A stretch of 64,000 nucleotides of DNA from Pecten maximus (taxonomy: Eukaryota), in NCBI RefSeq assembly GCF_902652985.1, contig NC_047018.1:26536001-26600000 (forward strand), in the 5' to 3' direction. Numbering within the stretch: the first letter of the stretch is position 1; every line of letters begins with the position of its first letter. Positions 1-12,705 of the stretch are shown in pieces. Under the pieces are notes generated by a model. That model saw only the letters and a list, made by a program, of their open reading frames with translations, was not told the origin of the DNA and searched no databases. Position numbers and translations under genes: made by a program.

Positions 1-111
1 ACTTAAATAAATTTCTCTAGCTCCCTTGCACATGAGCAAATATTTGACTGATTGAATAAAGTAAAAGCTGACAGGTGACAATCTTTTCTTATTTTCTATT
101 TTTGCTTTCAG

Positions 112-1176
112 TTTTATCAAGTGGAACTTTACCAAGTTCCTTGTCAACAAGGAAGGAATCCCGGTGAAGAGATATTCCCCTAGTGACGAACCCTTTGTAA
201 GTATAACAGACTGACTTGTACAGTCTAGCTTGTGTACTGTAAATGTTGGCTATAGTGTCTTCTGATTCATTTTATGTCCCTACCACTGTGTGGTTATTAT
301 TGGTACCGTCCATCTGTCTCTGTCCATCACAAGTAAAGAATTGTTACAGAGTTTGTCATTCACTCACTGAAAGTGATAAGATTCTGATATTTTACAGGTA
401 AGTTCAATGACTTTGAATTGTTTCAATATCACTGGGGTTCAAGTACATGTTTAACTTTGTAGCATTATCTGAGATACTGTTTATTGAATATTTTCATGTG
501 TATCTTATTTTCGCGAGTTTGACAACGTTTTCTAAATTGCTAAACTTGGCCAGTGTTGGTTGTCTGTATGAGTTACTTCCCTTGTTATATTATATTGTTG
601 TTAACCTAGCTACTAGTAGCTTTGTCTATATTTGTGAACACTGATTGATGTGACTACTTCTCAAAGTAAACACAATGTTTATAGAGCTAAATATGACTCT
701 AATAAAAGAGTGGCCAGTTGGATGTCTGTAGATGAAGACATACAATTATAACACAACACTGTACTGAAGTTGGTTCAGCTATGCTATGTATATAACCTGA
801 TCATAGATGTGTAGTGAAGGTGACAGAGTGGAGCCACCAAACATTACACTTCAATGATATCCGATACTGGTTGTGATATACAGGTATACCACATTGAGGA
901 ACGTGTTTCATGATGTCCATGTTTACTATTGATACTTTACCCTGGTACATGTATATAGATTACCTGGTTGTTGTGCTGTAGCTCACTGTAAACATTTTGG
1001 TGTGTATTCATACTAAACCAGCGTTTTTTCTTGGATATACAATGTACATGTATTCTATACGTCTATCTTGAATTATAAATCATTGTAAATAGATTTTTAC
1101 TAAAATATATCATTTTACATATTTCCTTTTGTTTCTTTTTCAGAAAGTTGCAAAGGATTTTGAAAAGTATTGGTAG
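112..1176 (+). CDS. GPX4: Glutathione peroxidase, GPx4/PHGPx-like selenoprotein; last two coding exons only (5' part lies before the window)
   Basis: Exon 112-196 (cag|..|gtaagt) reads [28 protein letters not shown], containing the GPx WNFxKFL catalytic motif. Exon 1144-1176 (tttcag|) reads [16 protein letters not shown] lies downstream. The GPx subfamily assignment is less certain than the GPx call. Confidence 0.88.
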
Positions 1177-1462
1177 AAGTGAAACATAAAAGAATTAGTG
1201 GAGATTTCACTTAGATAGCCCTGCCTCAGTTGATGCTCCTGTAAGAACACTTTGGAAAATAGTATTGTAAGGTATAAGATAAATGTTTCAGTCAAGGCGT
1301 CATGGAAAAACTTTGGGGGGAGGGGGAGCACTGGAACCTAGTTTTCTATTTAAAATAAAGTTGTCTCATTGTTGTGATGTAGGAACGTAGAATTCCTTTT
1401 TGAGACTTTTTGTTACAATATCACCCACTCCTGACCTTGACTTTTGATTGTTTAAGTTGTCA

Positions 1463-1563
1463 CCATGGTGACACAGACTGTATGACGACTTCTTCTGAAA
1501 CTGTTCTCAGTGGGAGAAGTCTGAGCTTTAACAAGCGTGCACCCCTGTCTGATGTTGCCATGG
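1463..1563 (+). promoter_or_regulatory. Eukaryotic type II SECIS element in the GPx 3' UTR
   Basis: ATGAC (1482) opens the element. A 10-bp helix GACTTCTTCT/GGGAGAAGTC follows, then an unpaired AAA (1498-1500), a mini-stem CTG/CAG and the closing TGAG (1522-1525). An outer helix pairs 1463-1478 with 1547-1563. It lies about 300 nt after the stop. Confidence 0.9.
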
Positions 1564-2902
1564 AGATATCCACTACATTGTAAGGTCAAGGTCATGATAT
1601 GAACTTATAGGTCACCTGTTAAATGTGCATTTTTTTTTTTAAATTCTGTTGGTTTATCTTTTGTTTTTGTGATACATGTATTGCCTAGTCAGATATGTCA
1701 AGGAATGTTCAATCAAGTCACCTTCTGATAAAATCCAGTGTTTTTGTGGTCTACAGCTTTTTATATTCCGTTGTCTTATACTCGATAAGCCCTGTAGTTT
1801 TGTAAAAATAGACATTGTGCATTCCATATCTGTTCTACGAGACCTACCTATATATAAATATATATTTACTTAGAGTATATATATATGTTATGTATTAAGA
1901 AACATATCAAAGATACTTGTACCTGATGAGAAACTTGCCAAAAACCAGTAACCTTTTTATCTGATCATTTATTTCCCACAATTAATTTACTTAAGAAGAA
2001 TTTCTCATTAGATAAAAACACTGGGATGATATGAGGATATACATTATGTTGTATTCTTTATTTTATTTATTAATGTTTTCAAAAATAAACTGATGATAAC
2101 AACTGAATGATGTGTCAGACTGGAAATAGGATATATGTTTATGTATCAAGTCTTCATATAATTCTGTACTGTTATGATACAGGGATTTTGTTTTCATATT
2201 TGTATATTATAAAACAAACAAAATAAAAATAATCCAGCAATGATGTCACATTGATCTGATTCTAACATCACATATCCTTGTACATGTATTGCTCCCCGCT
2301 AATGTCCTTAGCTTTTCTGTCAAATCATCGTACTGTAACCAGTATACTGCCATGCTTCCATACATTGAGATGTCTATTCCTGCTTTGGTCAGATATAGGT
2401 GCTTTTAATGGTTGTTGACATATTATTCAGTAATCCTTGTTTGTATTATTTCCTATTATGTCAGAGTTACCCGTCTCCTGATTTTGCCATGTGTATATTT
2501 TTTTTATATGAAGGCATACTTAGTATGTGTTTCTGTTGAACAGCATTTTTGATATGTGTATAATACTCTTAAACCTGTATTGACAGTGAAATCATACAAT
2601 GGATTAGTTAGATTTTTTAACTTGTGAGCAAAAATCTTAAATAGATACCACTACTTGTACACTTACGTTACATTTGTATGAACATAAACTGTGTTGGTAT
2701 TGTTCAGTGTTGTATGAAAATAATATTTAGTTTCCTCTGCAGCTAAAACACTTGTTCTAGGTGAAGATTTTGTTTAGGTTATTATAACAAAAATTATTGT
2801 GAACATTTTGGCTCTTAGCCAGATGTTATTACACAAAGCTTCCACCATCAAGGAACAAATGTTTTGGACTAGAGTGTAGCAAAGTCATCAGATATTTTTC
2901 TT

Positions 2903-3190
2903 ACATAATTAAGTTCAGATACTAGAAAAGCTCGTGGTGTTTGCTAGTTCTTACTTTACACCTAATCAAGTTCAGAGACTAGACAAGCTCGTGGTGTTTG
3001 CTAGTTCTTACTTTACACATAATCAAGTTCAGATACTAGACAAACTCATGGTGTCCGTTAGTTCTTACTTTACACATAATCAAGTTCAGATACTAGACAA
3101 ACTCATGGTGTTTGTTAGTTTTTACTTTACACATAATCAAGTTCAGATACTAGACAAACTCATGGTGTTCGTTAGTTTTTACTTTACACA
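2903..3190. repeat. 57-bp minisatellite, about 5 copies
   Basis: Unit aatcaagttcagatactagacaaactcatggtgtttgttagttcttactttacacat. It produces the spurious periodic ORF 2934-3197. Confidence 0.95.
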
Positions 3191-4075
3191 AACATAATTC
3201 ATGTTTTTTTTTTTCTCTCTCTTTCTTTCATAGTTATTTCCAAGTCGGATCCTTCATTCTGGCTCTTTGAATATGTACTATACATATTTATTGCCTTTTC
3301 TTGTTCTGTCCACTGTGTCTGGTAAATCAGCAGTTTTAACATTATACATGTATACAAATTTGTTTTGTCTAGTGTAGATAAGAGTACTTTGACTTCAAAT
3401 AGTAAATCAGCAACCTAAGTCTAGTGTGCATTTTTACAAACTGCGCAATGTAACATATTATACTGCACAGTGCATATATACAGAGTGAAGATTTCAGACC
3501 TATTGGACAATATCAGTGGATTGTGTAATAGATATAGATAATGATAGACCTATAGAACAATATCAGTGGATTGTGTAATAGATTATGGTAGATCTGCTGG
3601 GACATGGTGACTAGGAAAGAGTATGCAAACATTTAACTCATTTGTGTAAAGATTACTAAAAAATATTCAACATAAAGCTGGTTGTGAGGATTGACAACAT
3701 TAAATTGGAAATGACTGTTTAATATGTGAAAGAAACTAAATGTATAAGGCAACTCTCTGTACCTTACATTTCACATTCTTACTTCTGTATTTTAGTTTAG
3801 GTAATACTTGATAATAATATAATACACTACCTATTTAAGATAATCATGTTTTTCAGATTCATGAATTATTGATGTCCAAACTCTGTGCTCCAACATTGTT
3901 TATATGCCAACCTGAATACTGTACAAGAGAATTTTACTAATAAACTTACTAAAAAACATATAATTTAACAAATAATTTTGACTTTTAAGCTTGTGTTAAG
4001 AACTTAAAAAGATGCATGAAACAAAATTATTTGCTAACCCGAGATCACAGTGACTATTTAACATAGGACTCAGAA

Positions 4076-4222
4076 GTAATCGCTTTAACTAGATAACCAG
4101 TAATCGCTTTAACTAGATAACCAGTAATCACTTTAACTAGATAACCAGTAATCACTTTAACTAGATAACCGGTAATCACTTTAAATAGATAACCAGTAAT
4201 CACTTTAACTAGATAACCAGTA
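4076..4222. repeat. 24-bp minisatellite, about 6 copies
   Basis: Unit ccagtaatcactttaactagataa. Confidence 0.95.
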
Positions 4223-4557
4223 TTATGAGTAATCACTTAAAAGAAATAACCAGTAATTGGTTTTTTTAGTAATCAGTTAGCAATTTTGATTATCGATAAC
4301 AATCAGTTGGCATTAGTCATATAGTGAGACAGAAATTTTAACAGCAACACAAATTCTCAACCAACTTTTGAAGACCTGATCAGTTTAATGGCCGATAAGG
4401 TGTTGTGAATATATTAAAAACACAACCATCATCATTTTGAAATTGAAATAAGTTCTGATGTACATTTTCAGTTTATGCAAAGCACATCTACATTGTGAAA
4501 TTGAAAAAAAAAATGCTGAATACAATCAATGTTTAATGTATTTAAGTTAGTGTATTA

Positions 4558-4671
4558 AGGACTCTAGCCATGGGAGATAACTCTATCTGACTGGTAGGAC
4601 TCTAGCCATGGGAGATAACTCTATCTGACTGGTAAGACTCTAGCCATGGGAGATAACTCTATCTGACTGGT
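4558..4671. repeat. 38-bp tandem repeat, 3 copies
   Basis: Unit aggactctagccatgggagataactctatctgactggt. Confidence 0.95.
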
Positions 4672-6587
4672 TAACAGTAAAGTGTTAGATGTCCGTCCCT
4701 TTATCCCACAGGCTTTTGACCTTTGACCTGGGTGATGAGTATCTAGGGTGAGAGTGATGATTATCATGTGTATAGACATGTAGTCACTTGTTTACTAGTT
4801 ACATGTATTATTTTTAGGAACAAATAAAACTAATGTTATACGAAATCAACAGATTTGTTATTATTTTTGGAATACAATATTACACCGTACACTAAACACA
4901 TGGACACAGTTCCCAGTAGCATGCTAAATGAAAAGCTATCAAGTTTATTCAAAGTCACATGGGTCAAATGTGTTAAATCTGTAAATGATTTCTGAATAGC
5001 CAATAGGCCTATAGTGTTAAGAATTTTTCCCAGCAAAATTCTAGAGTGAAGGACTATTAATTTTGTTTCAAATGAAGTACACTGATAATTTTCTGGGATG
5101 GCTTGTTATAAAGTTTTGGAAACATATCACTATACTCAAGGCTTCAGGAATGAAAATTGCTGAAACATTAAAGAATTAGCCAGTAGTTGGCTTCAGACTT
5201 TGCGCGAAGAAAATATTCAAGGTAACAGGACTGTGGCGTTATTGCATGCAAGCCAGCAGCTTGGTTGAATAGTGCTAGAAAGTTCCGAGTGGGTCGGCTC
5301 AAAATCTGGAAAAGGGGTCCAAAGACTTGCATCAGGTTTTAAACAAAACATAACCAAACTGACTTGTTCAACATTTATCACCTTAGTGTACAACAGTTTA
5401 TAGTGTAGTTCAAAATGGCATGTATATTAGATATTGTACAGCACCTCTATGTCCACCAACTTCACTGGTCTGATGAAGATGAAGATAACTTGTAATTGAA
5501 AATCTATTCAAATATAAATAGAATGTAAGTGGAAATTTCAAACTTTTTATCCATCATCTCGTATAAAATGTTGACTTAATTACTGAACAAAACAATCAAA
5601 TCTGTTCAGATATTTTATTTTGTTAAATCAGTACATAAATATACTACTGGAAGATTGTATTCGTTTTCCTCCATTAAAAGGTAGCGCTTGTACACATACA
5701 AATAACACACAAATGAACATATATATACATAGCTAAAAATTCTAGTCTGGTATATCTTCCTTTCGCAAGAGAAAAAAAAATCACACTTAATGACCAAAAA
5801 GATTAATACACAAATATACATATAAGTACAATCTGGTGTTTTGTCCAAAATTTGTCTTGTCTTTAGAAGTAGACATGTACTTAGGCATAATGACAAAAGA
5901 CAAAGTGAAAAGTCATATGAGGATCTATTCAGGCAGGGATTATATTGAATCATTGAGTTATTAGACTTTGTCACTGGAGTGAAAGAACCAAACGGGTACA
6001 AAGGGAGATAATTCTTTACAAAAGAGTTATTTACAAACTTTGTAGGGTATTTTTATTTTTTTTTAGCTTTGTGAAATGCTAAATATTGTTAGATATGACT
6101 ATGAAAAAGTTGAGTTTATAAAAGAATATCTAAAAAATACTTAAAAATAATCAATTGTGTACAATTAATGCTAGATTTCCAGCTAGATAGTAGAAATATA
6201 AAAAAAAATAGTTATATTCATTCATTATTTCATTCACTTGTAAACTGACATGCATGTAAATTGATATGTAACTTGTAATGACTAATTATCTATAAAACAA
6301 TACACATACATGCTAGTTACTTAATTTTGTATAAAATAGTAGTATGTTAGCTACTTATGTAGATAACACACATACATGTTGGTATGGCACAAAATAACAC
6401 ACAACTTAGTTACCGTGCTTAACTAAATTGTATGTATGAAATAACACACGTTAGCTACTTAAGGGCATATGCTATTTTCACTTATCACAACATCTCCTTA
6501 ATACAGGAATGATACAAATACATGCAATGTAGCATATGTCTTTAACACGAATTTCTTTGTACACACTTGAAATAAGAAAAACAAATA

Positions 6588-8272
6588 AAACAAGAGGGCC
6601 TGTATTGCTCACCTGGATATTTCAGTAAGTATGGAAAATGCTCTGATTCACCCAACAATGGTTCAAACTACAGGTTGACTTAATCCTGTCATTCTTGAAA
6701 AAGAAAACCTACCATATTTGACCTAATAAGGGCGCCCCTACCTCTTTTCAAGGAAATAAATCTTTGACTGAGTGTCAAAATGGTGTTCAAAAGTAATAAT
6801 TCATGTGAAATGTTTTGCTACTTTATGTGTTCAATTTTCTTCAGCAAATTAAGTAACTGGAACACAAGTTTTTGCCACATTTTGTCTATTCCTACAGATG
6901 ACATGTCAGTGCAAAGAGCACCCAAAACTAAACACACATACAAATAATAACTTACCATCTTTATTTGAAGATAAAGTAAAAGACTTCATTCTTGTTGATA
7001 AATAACTTTTGTTCAGCACAGATAGCTAGCAAAAGACATTGTAAATCAACTAATAGTTCAAAGAAAACGATGTCTGATATGATCTGGGAAATCACCTGTG
7101 TCTACAAATAGAACACAAAAGTGTTCCATTTGAACATAAAAGGTGGAACACACGTTCTCTGGTCTAAAGATCAGTTGGCATGGTTTACAGGAATATTCAA
7201 GTGATGTTTAAGCTTAATATATGATAATGAATAGATATCTTCATCTGGAATATTTTTATGACTGAATATGTTACCGTTTCCACAGCCTTGGGTATTCTGC
7301 TATAAGGTATATATATATGAAGTCTGTTTCATAAAACTTCAGAATAACTAATCTTAATAAGGGCGCCCCCACTGTCAATTACCCGCGCCTTGCGCCCTTA
7401 TTAGGTCAAATACAGTATTTTAATTTTGTTCCCCCATTTCCCTTATTGGGGCCCCTTTCTCCCAACCCACGGTTGTCACATCCTTCATTTATGCAACAAA
7501 AATCCATTTAGTTTTTCAGGACTAGTAGCGTTTTTAAAAGATAAACCCTTTGGGCCAATTGGGGTAAAAAATTGTAAATGATCATATTATTACAAAGGGC
7601 AATAACTCTGTCAGTTACAATTGAATAATTCCAATTTTTGAACTCGTCCAAGATCTTGTCGATGTATGGCTACATGCAAACTTTTATCAAACTTGGTTGA
7701 TAGTTACTGCAGTTATCATGTTCACAAGGTCCAATAATATTATGCAAAGGGCAATAACTCTGTAAGTTACAAGTTACTGTCGAATAATTTCCATTTTCAA
7801 TAACTCGACCAAGTTCCTGTCGATATATGGCTGCATGCAAAGTTTCCTGCAAAATTGATATTCACTCCAGTTATCGCGCTCACAAGGTCAAACAATATTA
7901 TTACAAAGGGCAACAACTCTGTAAGTAACTGTTGATTGTTTCCATTTTCGAACTTGTATGAGATCTTGTTGATATATGGCTTCATACAAAGTTTCATCAA
8001 ATTTAGTTGATATTTACTTGTCCAAGTCGAGTTATTTGTGTTCACAAGGTCCAATAATAATATAATTGCAAAGGGCAATAACTCTGTAAGTTACTGTCGA
8101 ATAATTTTCATTTTCAAACTGGTCCCAGATCAAGTCAATATATGGCTGCATACAAAGTTTCATCAAATTTGAATGACATTTACTGAAGTTATTATGTTCG
8201 CACGGTAAGTGTTGATGAACGGACAACCACCAGATGCCAAGGTATGGCATAAGCTCAACTTGGTCCCTAATA
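6588..8272 (-). mobile_element. Degenerate non-autonomous Helentron/HINE-like element with internal ~150-bp tandem monomers (7580-8200)
   Basis: One end reads aacaagagggcc..gctcacctg. About 4 diverged monomers start aaagggcaataactctgtaag. The other end has ggac..ataagctca. The architecture resembles the elements at 29420, 46075 and 58590. Boundaries are approximate. Confidence 0.55.
6712..7415. mobile_element. pogo/Tigger-like MITE nested in the HINE-like element
   Basis: TIRs (TA)CCATATTTGACCTAATAAGGGCGC and GCGCCCTTATTAGGTCAAATACAG(TA), with TA on both sides. Confidence 0.7.
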
Positions 8273-8840
8273 AAATAAAATTCTGATGGCGTCGCTACTA
8301 TCCAGTTACTTCAAAGTCGGCACAAACATTAACACCTCTGATGGGTTATTATTCAGTTGTAAATTTTTGTATGAATAATTGTGTGAACCATTAAGTAAAG
8401 CATTGTTTTTGTTCTACATAAACAATATTATTTAATAATAATAATAAATGACTGGCCTGAACATAAATTATAAATAACTATGTCAGGAGCCTTATATACA
8501 AAATGATGGACTTCAATTAAGGCTACACTGCCATACATACATGAGAGTGTTTCCTGATGCTGGAATTATACCTCACCTATAAATCCATTGTTTGGCTCAA
8601 ATGTAAACATTGGTAAATTTCCCTTAAAATAAATATAACGATATACACTTTGTTATATTCTTAGTAAGAAAACAATATTGATAAAACAAAATTCTTTGTT
8701 AATATTTTTTCCAGCACTACAAATGCATTTACTTGTGCTGACAACAGGTTCTACATCTATCCAATTCATAAATAACTTCATACATTACAACTCAATATCT
8801 CTTGAGTAGCTACAATATGTTAATGATGTTTTAAATGGCT

Positions 8841-10403
8841 TCAGACTTGTAAAGATTTGTCTCCCTCTTCCTCCTTGTTGTCTGTAGGGGGAGCTGCTGA
8901 TGCTTGGCTCTTTGATCTGTTTTCCCTGAATGTAGCTATTTCCTGCCAGGTCCTGAAACAGACAATGCCTTTGTCCTGGATTTCCTTACGACCTTTCAAG
9001 GTGATAACATCACCAGCATTGTTTACAATGATTAATTTTGGCACAGCTGTAATGTTGAATCTTGTCTTTAGATCCCTGTAAATAAAAGTAGTAAACATTA
9101 AAAAGAAAAAAATTAATGTGTAAACAAATTCTTTCTTATTACTTTCATATCATGATATTCAAATGTACTATAGTGCTACAAGTTAAACATAAAAAAAATC
9201 CTTTCTGAGGGTTTTGGGGACCTTTCCAATGTTGGGGTATACTAAAGCCAAATTCTTTTAATTTTGCAGTTCACTGTCCATCCTAATTAACCAACTTTCT
9301 CCAAATGTGGTGTTGTTTATCATTTTGATTTCATTTACTCTGCTTTCCTGAGGAACGCTGTTGAATACTATTGTATCCACCCCAGGATCCCTACCACCAC
9401 TATGGAACTGAATTCCTTGCAGGGACATCAGGTCTCCACCCCCTGTTGTTTCTCCGAAAAGTAAGAAAACTTGATCTTTTACTTGTTCAAGTCTTAAGAA
9501 TTCTTGCCTGTTTATTCATATCTTTATCAAATACTTTGAGGTTTCATGTCCCCAGAGTGGAATCAACTTACTCCTGGAGTTGGTCTCCGAATGGGACGAC
9601 CAGCCAGTCACCATGACTTTCTCTGTAGTAAGTCATCATGTCGTCCTCCTTCTTGTCACAGCTGATAAACACCACCTCAAAAGGAGAATTGCGTCGCTGA
9701 GTTTCCTCATAGAAGTCCTTTAGTAAAGGAGTAAACTGCCGGCATGGGGGACACCAGCCTGCTGAAAAATACAGTCCCACTAGTTTCTTATCCAAGGCCT
9801 TAAGAGCCTCCACCCGGCCACTTTTTACAGCTGTGTTACTCGCTACATCTGGGTCTTTTGTTTCACTCTCTTTATCTGGGATTTGTTCAGATATTTCTTC
9901 CTTCACATTATTTTCTTCCCCAGAATCGTTATCTTTCTGATGATTGATATCTTCTTTAGTTTCTTGATCTTCCTCTTTTATGATTATTTTCTCCTCTGGG
10001 ATGAGGAAAAAATCACTTGTTAGAAGTTCTTTGTCTTCAAGAAGCTCTTCAAATGTTTTTATTACTTCTTCTTCATTGGTATCATTCCTTTTTAAAATAA
10101 AATATTTTAAATGTTATATCAATTTTTTGAAAATACATCAACAAAGTCGAGTTTTTAGAAAATTGCGAAACCTCCGACATTGGTTAATCAGGAAATGCAC
10201 CAGAAAACTATTTTTTGTTTTATTTTAATGGATATAATGCAATGTGAGTTATTGCTGATATCTATTAAATCTAGAATTTACTCTTTGAACAACATTTGTA
10301 CAGTGCATCTGTGCAATGCTGCTCTAATCTCTCTTTTATCAGTGCTCTCTTTTAATGCCTCTTCACACTGTCTACTTCTCTCACTAATTCTACGGAAATA
10401 CAT
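8841..10403 (-). CDS. Nucleoredoxin-like (NXNL2/tryparedoxin-type) thioredoxin-fold protein with an N-terminal extension and an acidic insert
   Basis: Exons 10403-10282, 10087-9572 and 9075-8841, both junctions phase 2. Motifs LVGLYFSAGWCPPCRQFTP, FEVVFISCD, HGDWLVVPF and ITAVPKLII...GRKEI. Exon 1 and the weak AAG acceptor at 10088 are less certain. Confidence 0.85.
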
Positions 10404-10523
10404 GAAAGTAGTGTTTTAATTTAGCAGCATAATCTAAACTTAACGGGCCCAGCAATGTGATATCTTACATCCTTGTGATTTCGCTCAGCTGAGCTGTTCG
10501 TTCTTGTTTACCTTCAATACATT

Positions 10524-10533
10524 CACTTCCGGT
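10524..10533 (-). promoter_or_regulatory. ETS/GABP-type motif (ACCGGAAGTG) upstream of the nucleoredoxin-like gene
   Basis: Exact consensus about 120 bp upstream of the ATG. Function is inferred from position only. Confidence 0.4.
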
Positions 10534-11067
10534 TCGGTAAATTAGAGTTATCTTTCTTGTCACCAATGTAAACAGTGCTTGATAATGAACGGTTTATCAC
10601 AGCGAGCGGTGTCATTTTTACCGAATTTGAATATTGTCACTGGAACGTCTGGACATGTGCTATACAGTACACATTAGGATAGTTTTTAATAAACATAGAC
10701 TGCAACGAATTATCAAGTCCCTGTCGGCTGTATATCCCAATTCTTCAATATATAAGCAGGCCTTTTATGTTTTTTTTTTTTTTAAATCTAAAGTTATAAC
10801 TCCCGAACTTTTATGTACATCATGGCCAGGTTTTCTTTTGATATAACCACTACCGAGTGAACTATAATTACTATTCTACACGTCGACTTCTATGGTGAGC
10901 TAGATCTACTCTTTCGTTGTACACGAAAATTAAGAATCCTCATTATATACTGCCACCAAAGTAATTAAACTATATCGTTACAGTACATGTGGGAGAATTT
11001 TCTGCAACGCTCCCGGGATCGATAAATTGCACAATGTAATAGGAAGGAGTACCGGTAATGTAAAATA

Positions 11068-11209
11068 CGTGGGCATCTATTTGGGCGCCAAAATTTAACA
11101 GGCGAGGGAAAATGCAACGACCAGACTTGGACTCGAACCCGGGACGTACCAAATATTTTAGCTACCTGGCCATCGACGTTAAATCTAATCCAGTTCAGCC
11201 ACCCATACA
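11068..11209 (-). mobile_element. Decayed, truncated copy of the tRNA-LTR TRIM family (one LTR plus PBS)
   Basis: The minus strand reads ..gccaggtagct..cccgggttcgagtcc..tctggtcg..cattttccctcgcctgttaaa-ttt-TGGCGCCCAA..cccacg, colinear with 54523-54680. Confidence 0.8.
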
Positions 11210-11280
11210 TGGATTCCAAACAGCAAACCTGATTATCAACAATATTATATACTTATGTTTTTAACAAACTCCCAGAATAC

Positions 11281-11998
11281 TATGGGGCGCCGTTTTACTA
11301 TTTATTCCCATTTGGTGATATCACCTATTCAAATAGGTGATATCACCTATTCAAATGAGTGATATCACCTATTCGAATAGGTGATATCACTTAAGAACTT
11401 TTCTAAGTGATATCACCTATTCGAATGAGTGATATCACCTATTCGAATAAGTGATATCACCTATTCGTTTCATTAAGTGATATCACCCATTCGAATAGGT
11501 GATATCACTTATTGAAACGAATAGATGATATCACCAATTCGAATAGGTGATATCACTCATTCGAATAGGTGATATCACTTAATGAAACGAATAGGTGATA
11601 TCACCAATTCGAATAGGTGATATTACCAATTCGAATATCACTTAATGAAACGAATAGGTGATATCACTCATTCGAATAGGTGATATCACCAATTCGAATA
11701 GGTGATATCACCAATTCGAATAGGTGATATCACTTATAAAATTTCATAAGTGATATCACCTATTCGTATAGGTGATATCACTCATTCGAATAGGTGATAT
11801 CACTTTAGAATTTTATAAGTGATATCACCTATTCGAATTGGTGTTATAACCTATTCGAATGAGTGATATCACCTATTCGTTTCATTAAGTGATATCACCT
11901 ATTCGTTTCATTAAGTGATATCACCTATTCGTTTCAATAAGTGGTATCACCTATTTGAATAGGGAATTTGGGAATAAATGGTAAAACGGCGCCCCATA
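11281..11998. mobile_element. Non-autonomous TIR element (IS3EU-like termini) filled with a palindromic 22-bp array
   Basis: 30-bp TIRs TATGGGGCGCCGTTTTACtATTTATTCCCA and TGGGAATAAATgGTAAAACGGCGCCCCATA. Perfect 6-bp TSD GAATAC (11275-11280, 11999-12004). The interior alternates GTGATATCAC and CTATTCGAATAG palindromes. Confidence 0.9.
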
Positions 11999-12530
11999 GA
12001 ATACATTAATCGTCGAACAAAATTAATGCCGGTACGATTTACGGAAGGGGGAGGCATTATATATTTACAAAAGTTGTTATTATAATTTGATAGTTGATAC
12101 AAACTGATAATGTAGCAGAAGACAAATGTTACGTTCCAATATCTGTAAGATCTTGGGTGTACTATTTCTAATAATTTAAAATAACACTATACCTCATATA
12201 TAGCCACATGATATCATAAATACAGTTTGTATAGCTTTATTAAATACAGCTAAATTATCGTAATATTAATTGGCAATCGATACTTTCTACAGCTGAATAA
12301 AACTTCAGTCCGAAAACATAACAATTAATGTAATGTAGACTAGTTTGGTAGAAAATAACACATTGAAGAAGTATACATTATTAATGTATAACATAACATT
12401 GAAATTTGTAAGTTATCAGTATTTCCAACATTTGTTTTCCAATAACCCAAACCTACGTTTGTATTGGTACATTTATCACAGAATATATTCATTCGCGTTT
12501 TCTACGTTACGTTTTTCCCGTAAAAGATAT

Positions 12531-12542
12531 TATGACGTCATA
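12531..12542. promoter_or_regulatory. Palindromic CRE (TATGACGTCATA) upstream of the unrecognised + strand gene
   Basis: Perfect TGACGTCA core about 170 bp before the proposed ATG at 12706. Confidence 0.35.
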
Positions 12543-12705
12543 TTGTATATGACGTTATTTCCGCTTCCACAATCAGCTGTGTATTGTTTACATTTGAGTT
12601 GAATCACGTGTTTCGGAAGCATTTTGACCAAAAAACGGAAATCAAGATTACCTATGTTAAAAACGACCGAACTTCGTTTGGACAGGTGGACTTTTCATCC
12701 AAAGA

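Noticed and set aside
1923-1950. Other CTGATGA motifs (for example 1923, 5470, 12896, 45745, 49614) as hammerheads or C/D boxes
   Set aside because: No flanking stem II/GAAA/stem I geometry and no convincing C-D box pairing were seen.
5615-6001. 128-aa minus-strand ORF
   Set aside because: Non-ATG start, AT-rich low-information composition, and no motifs or splice support.
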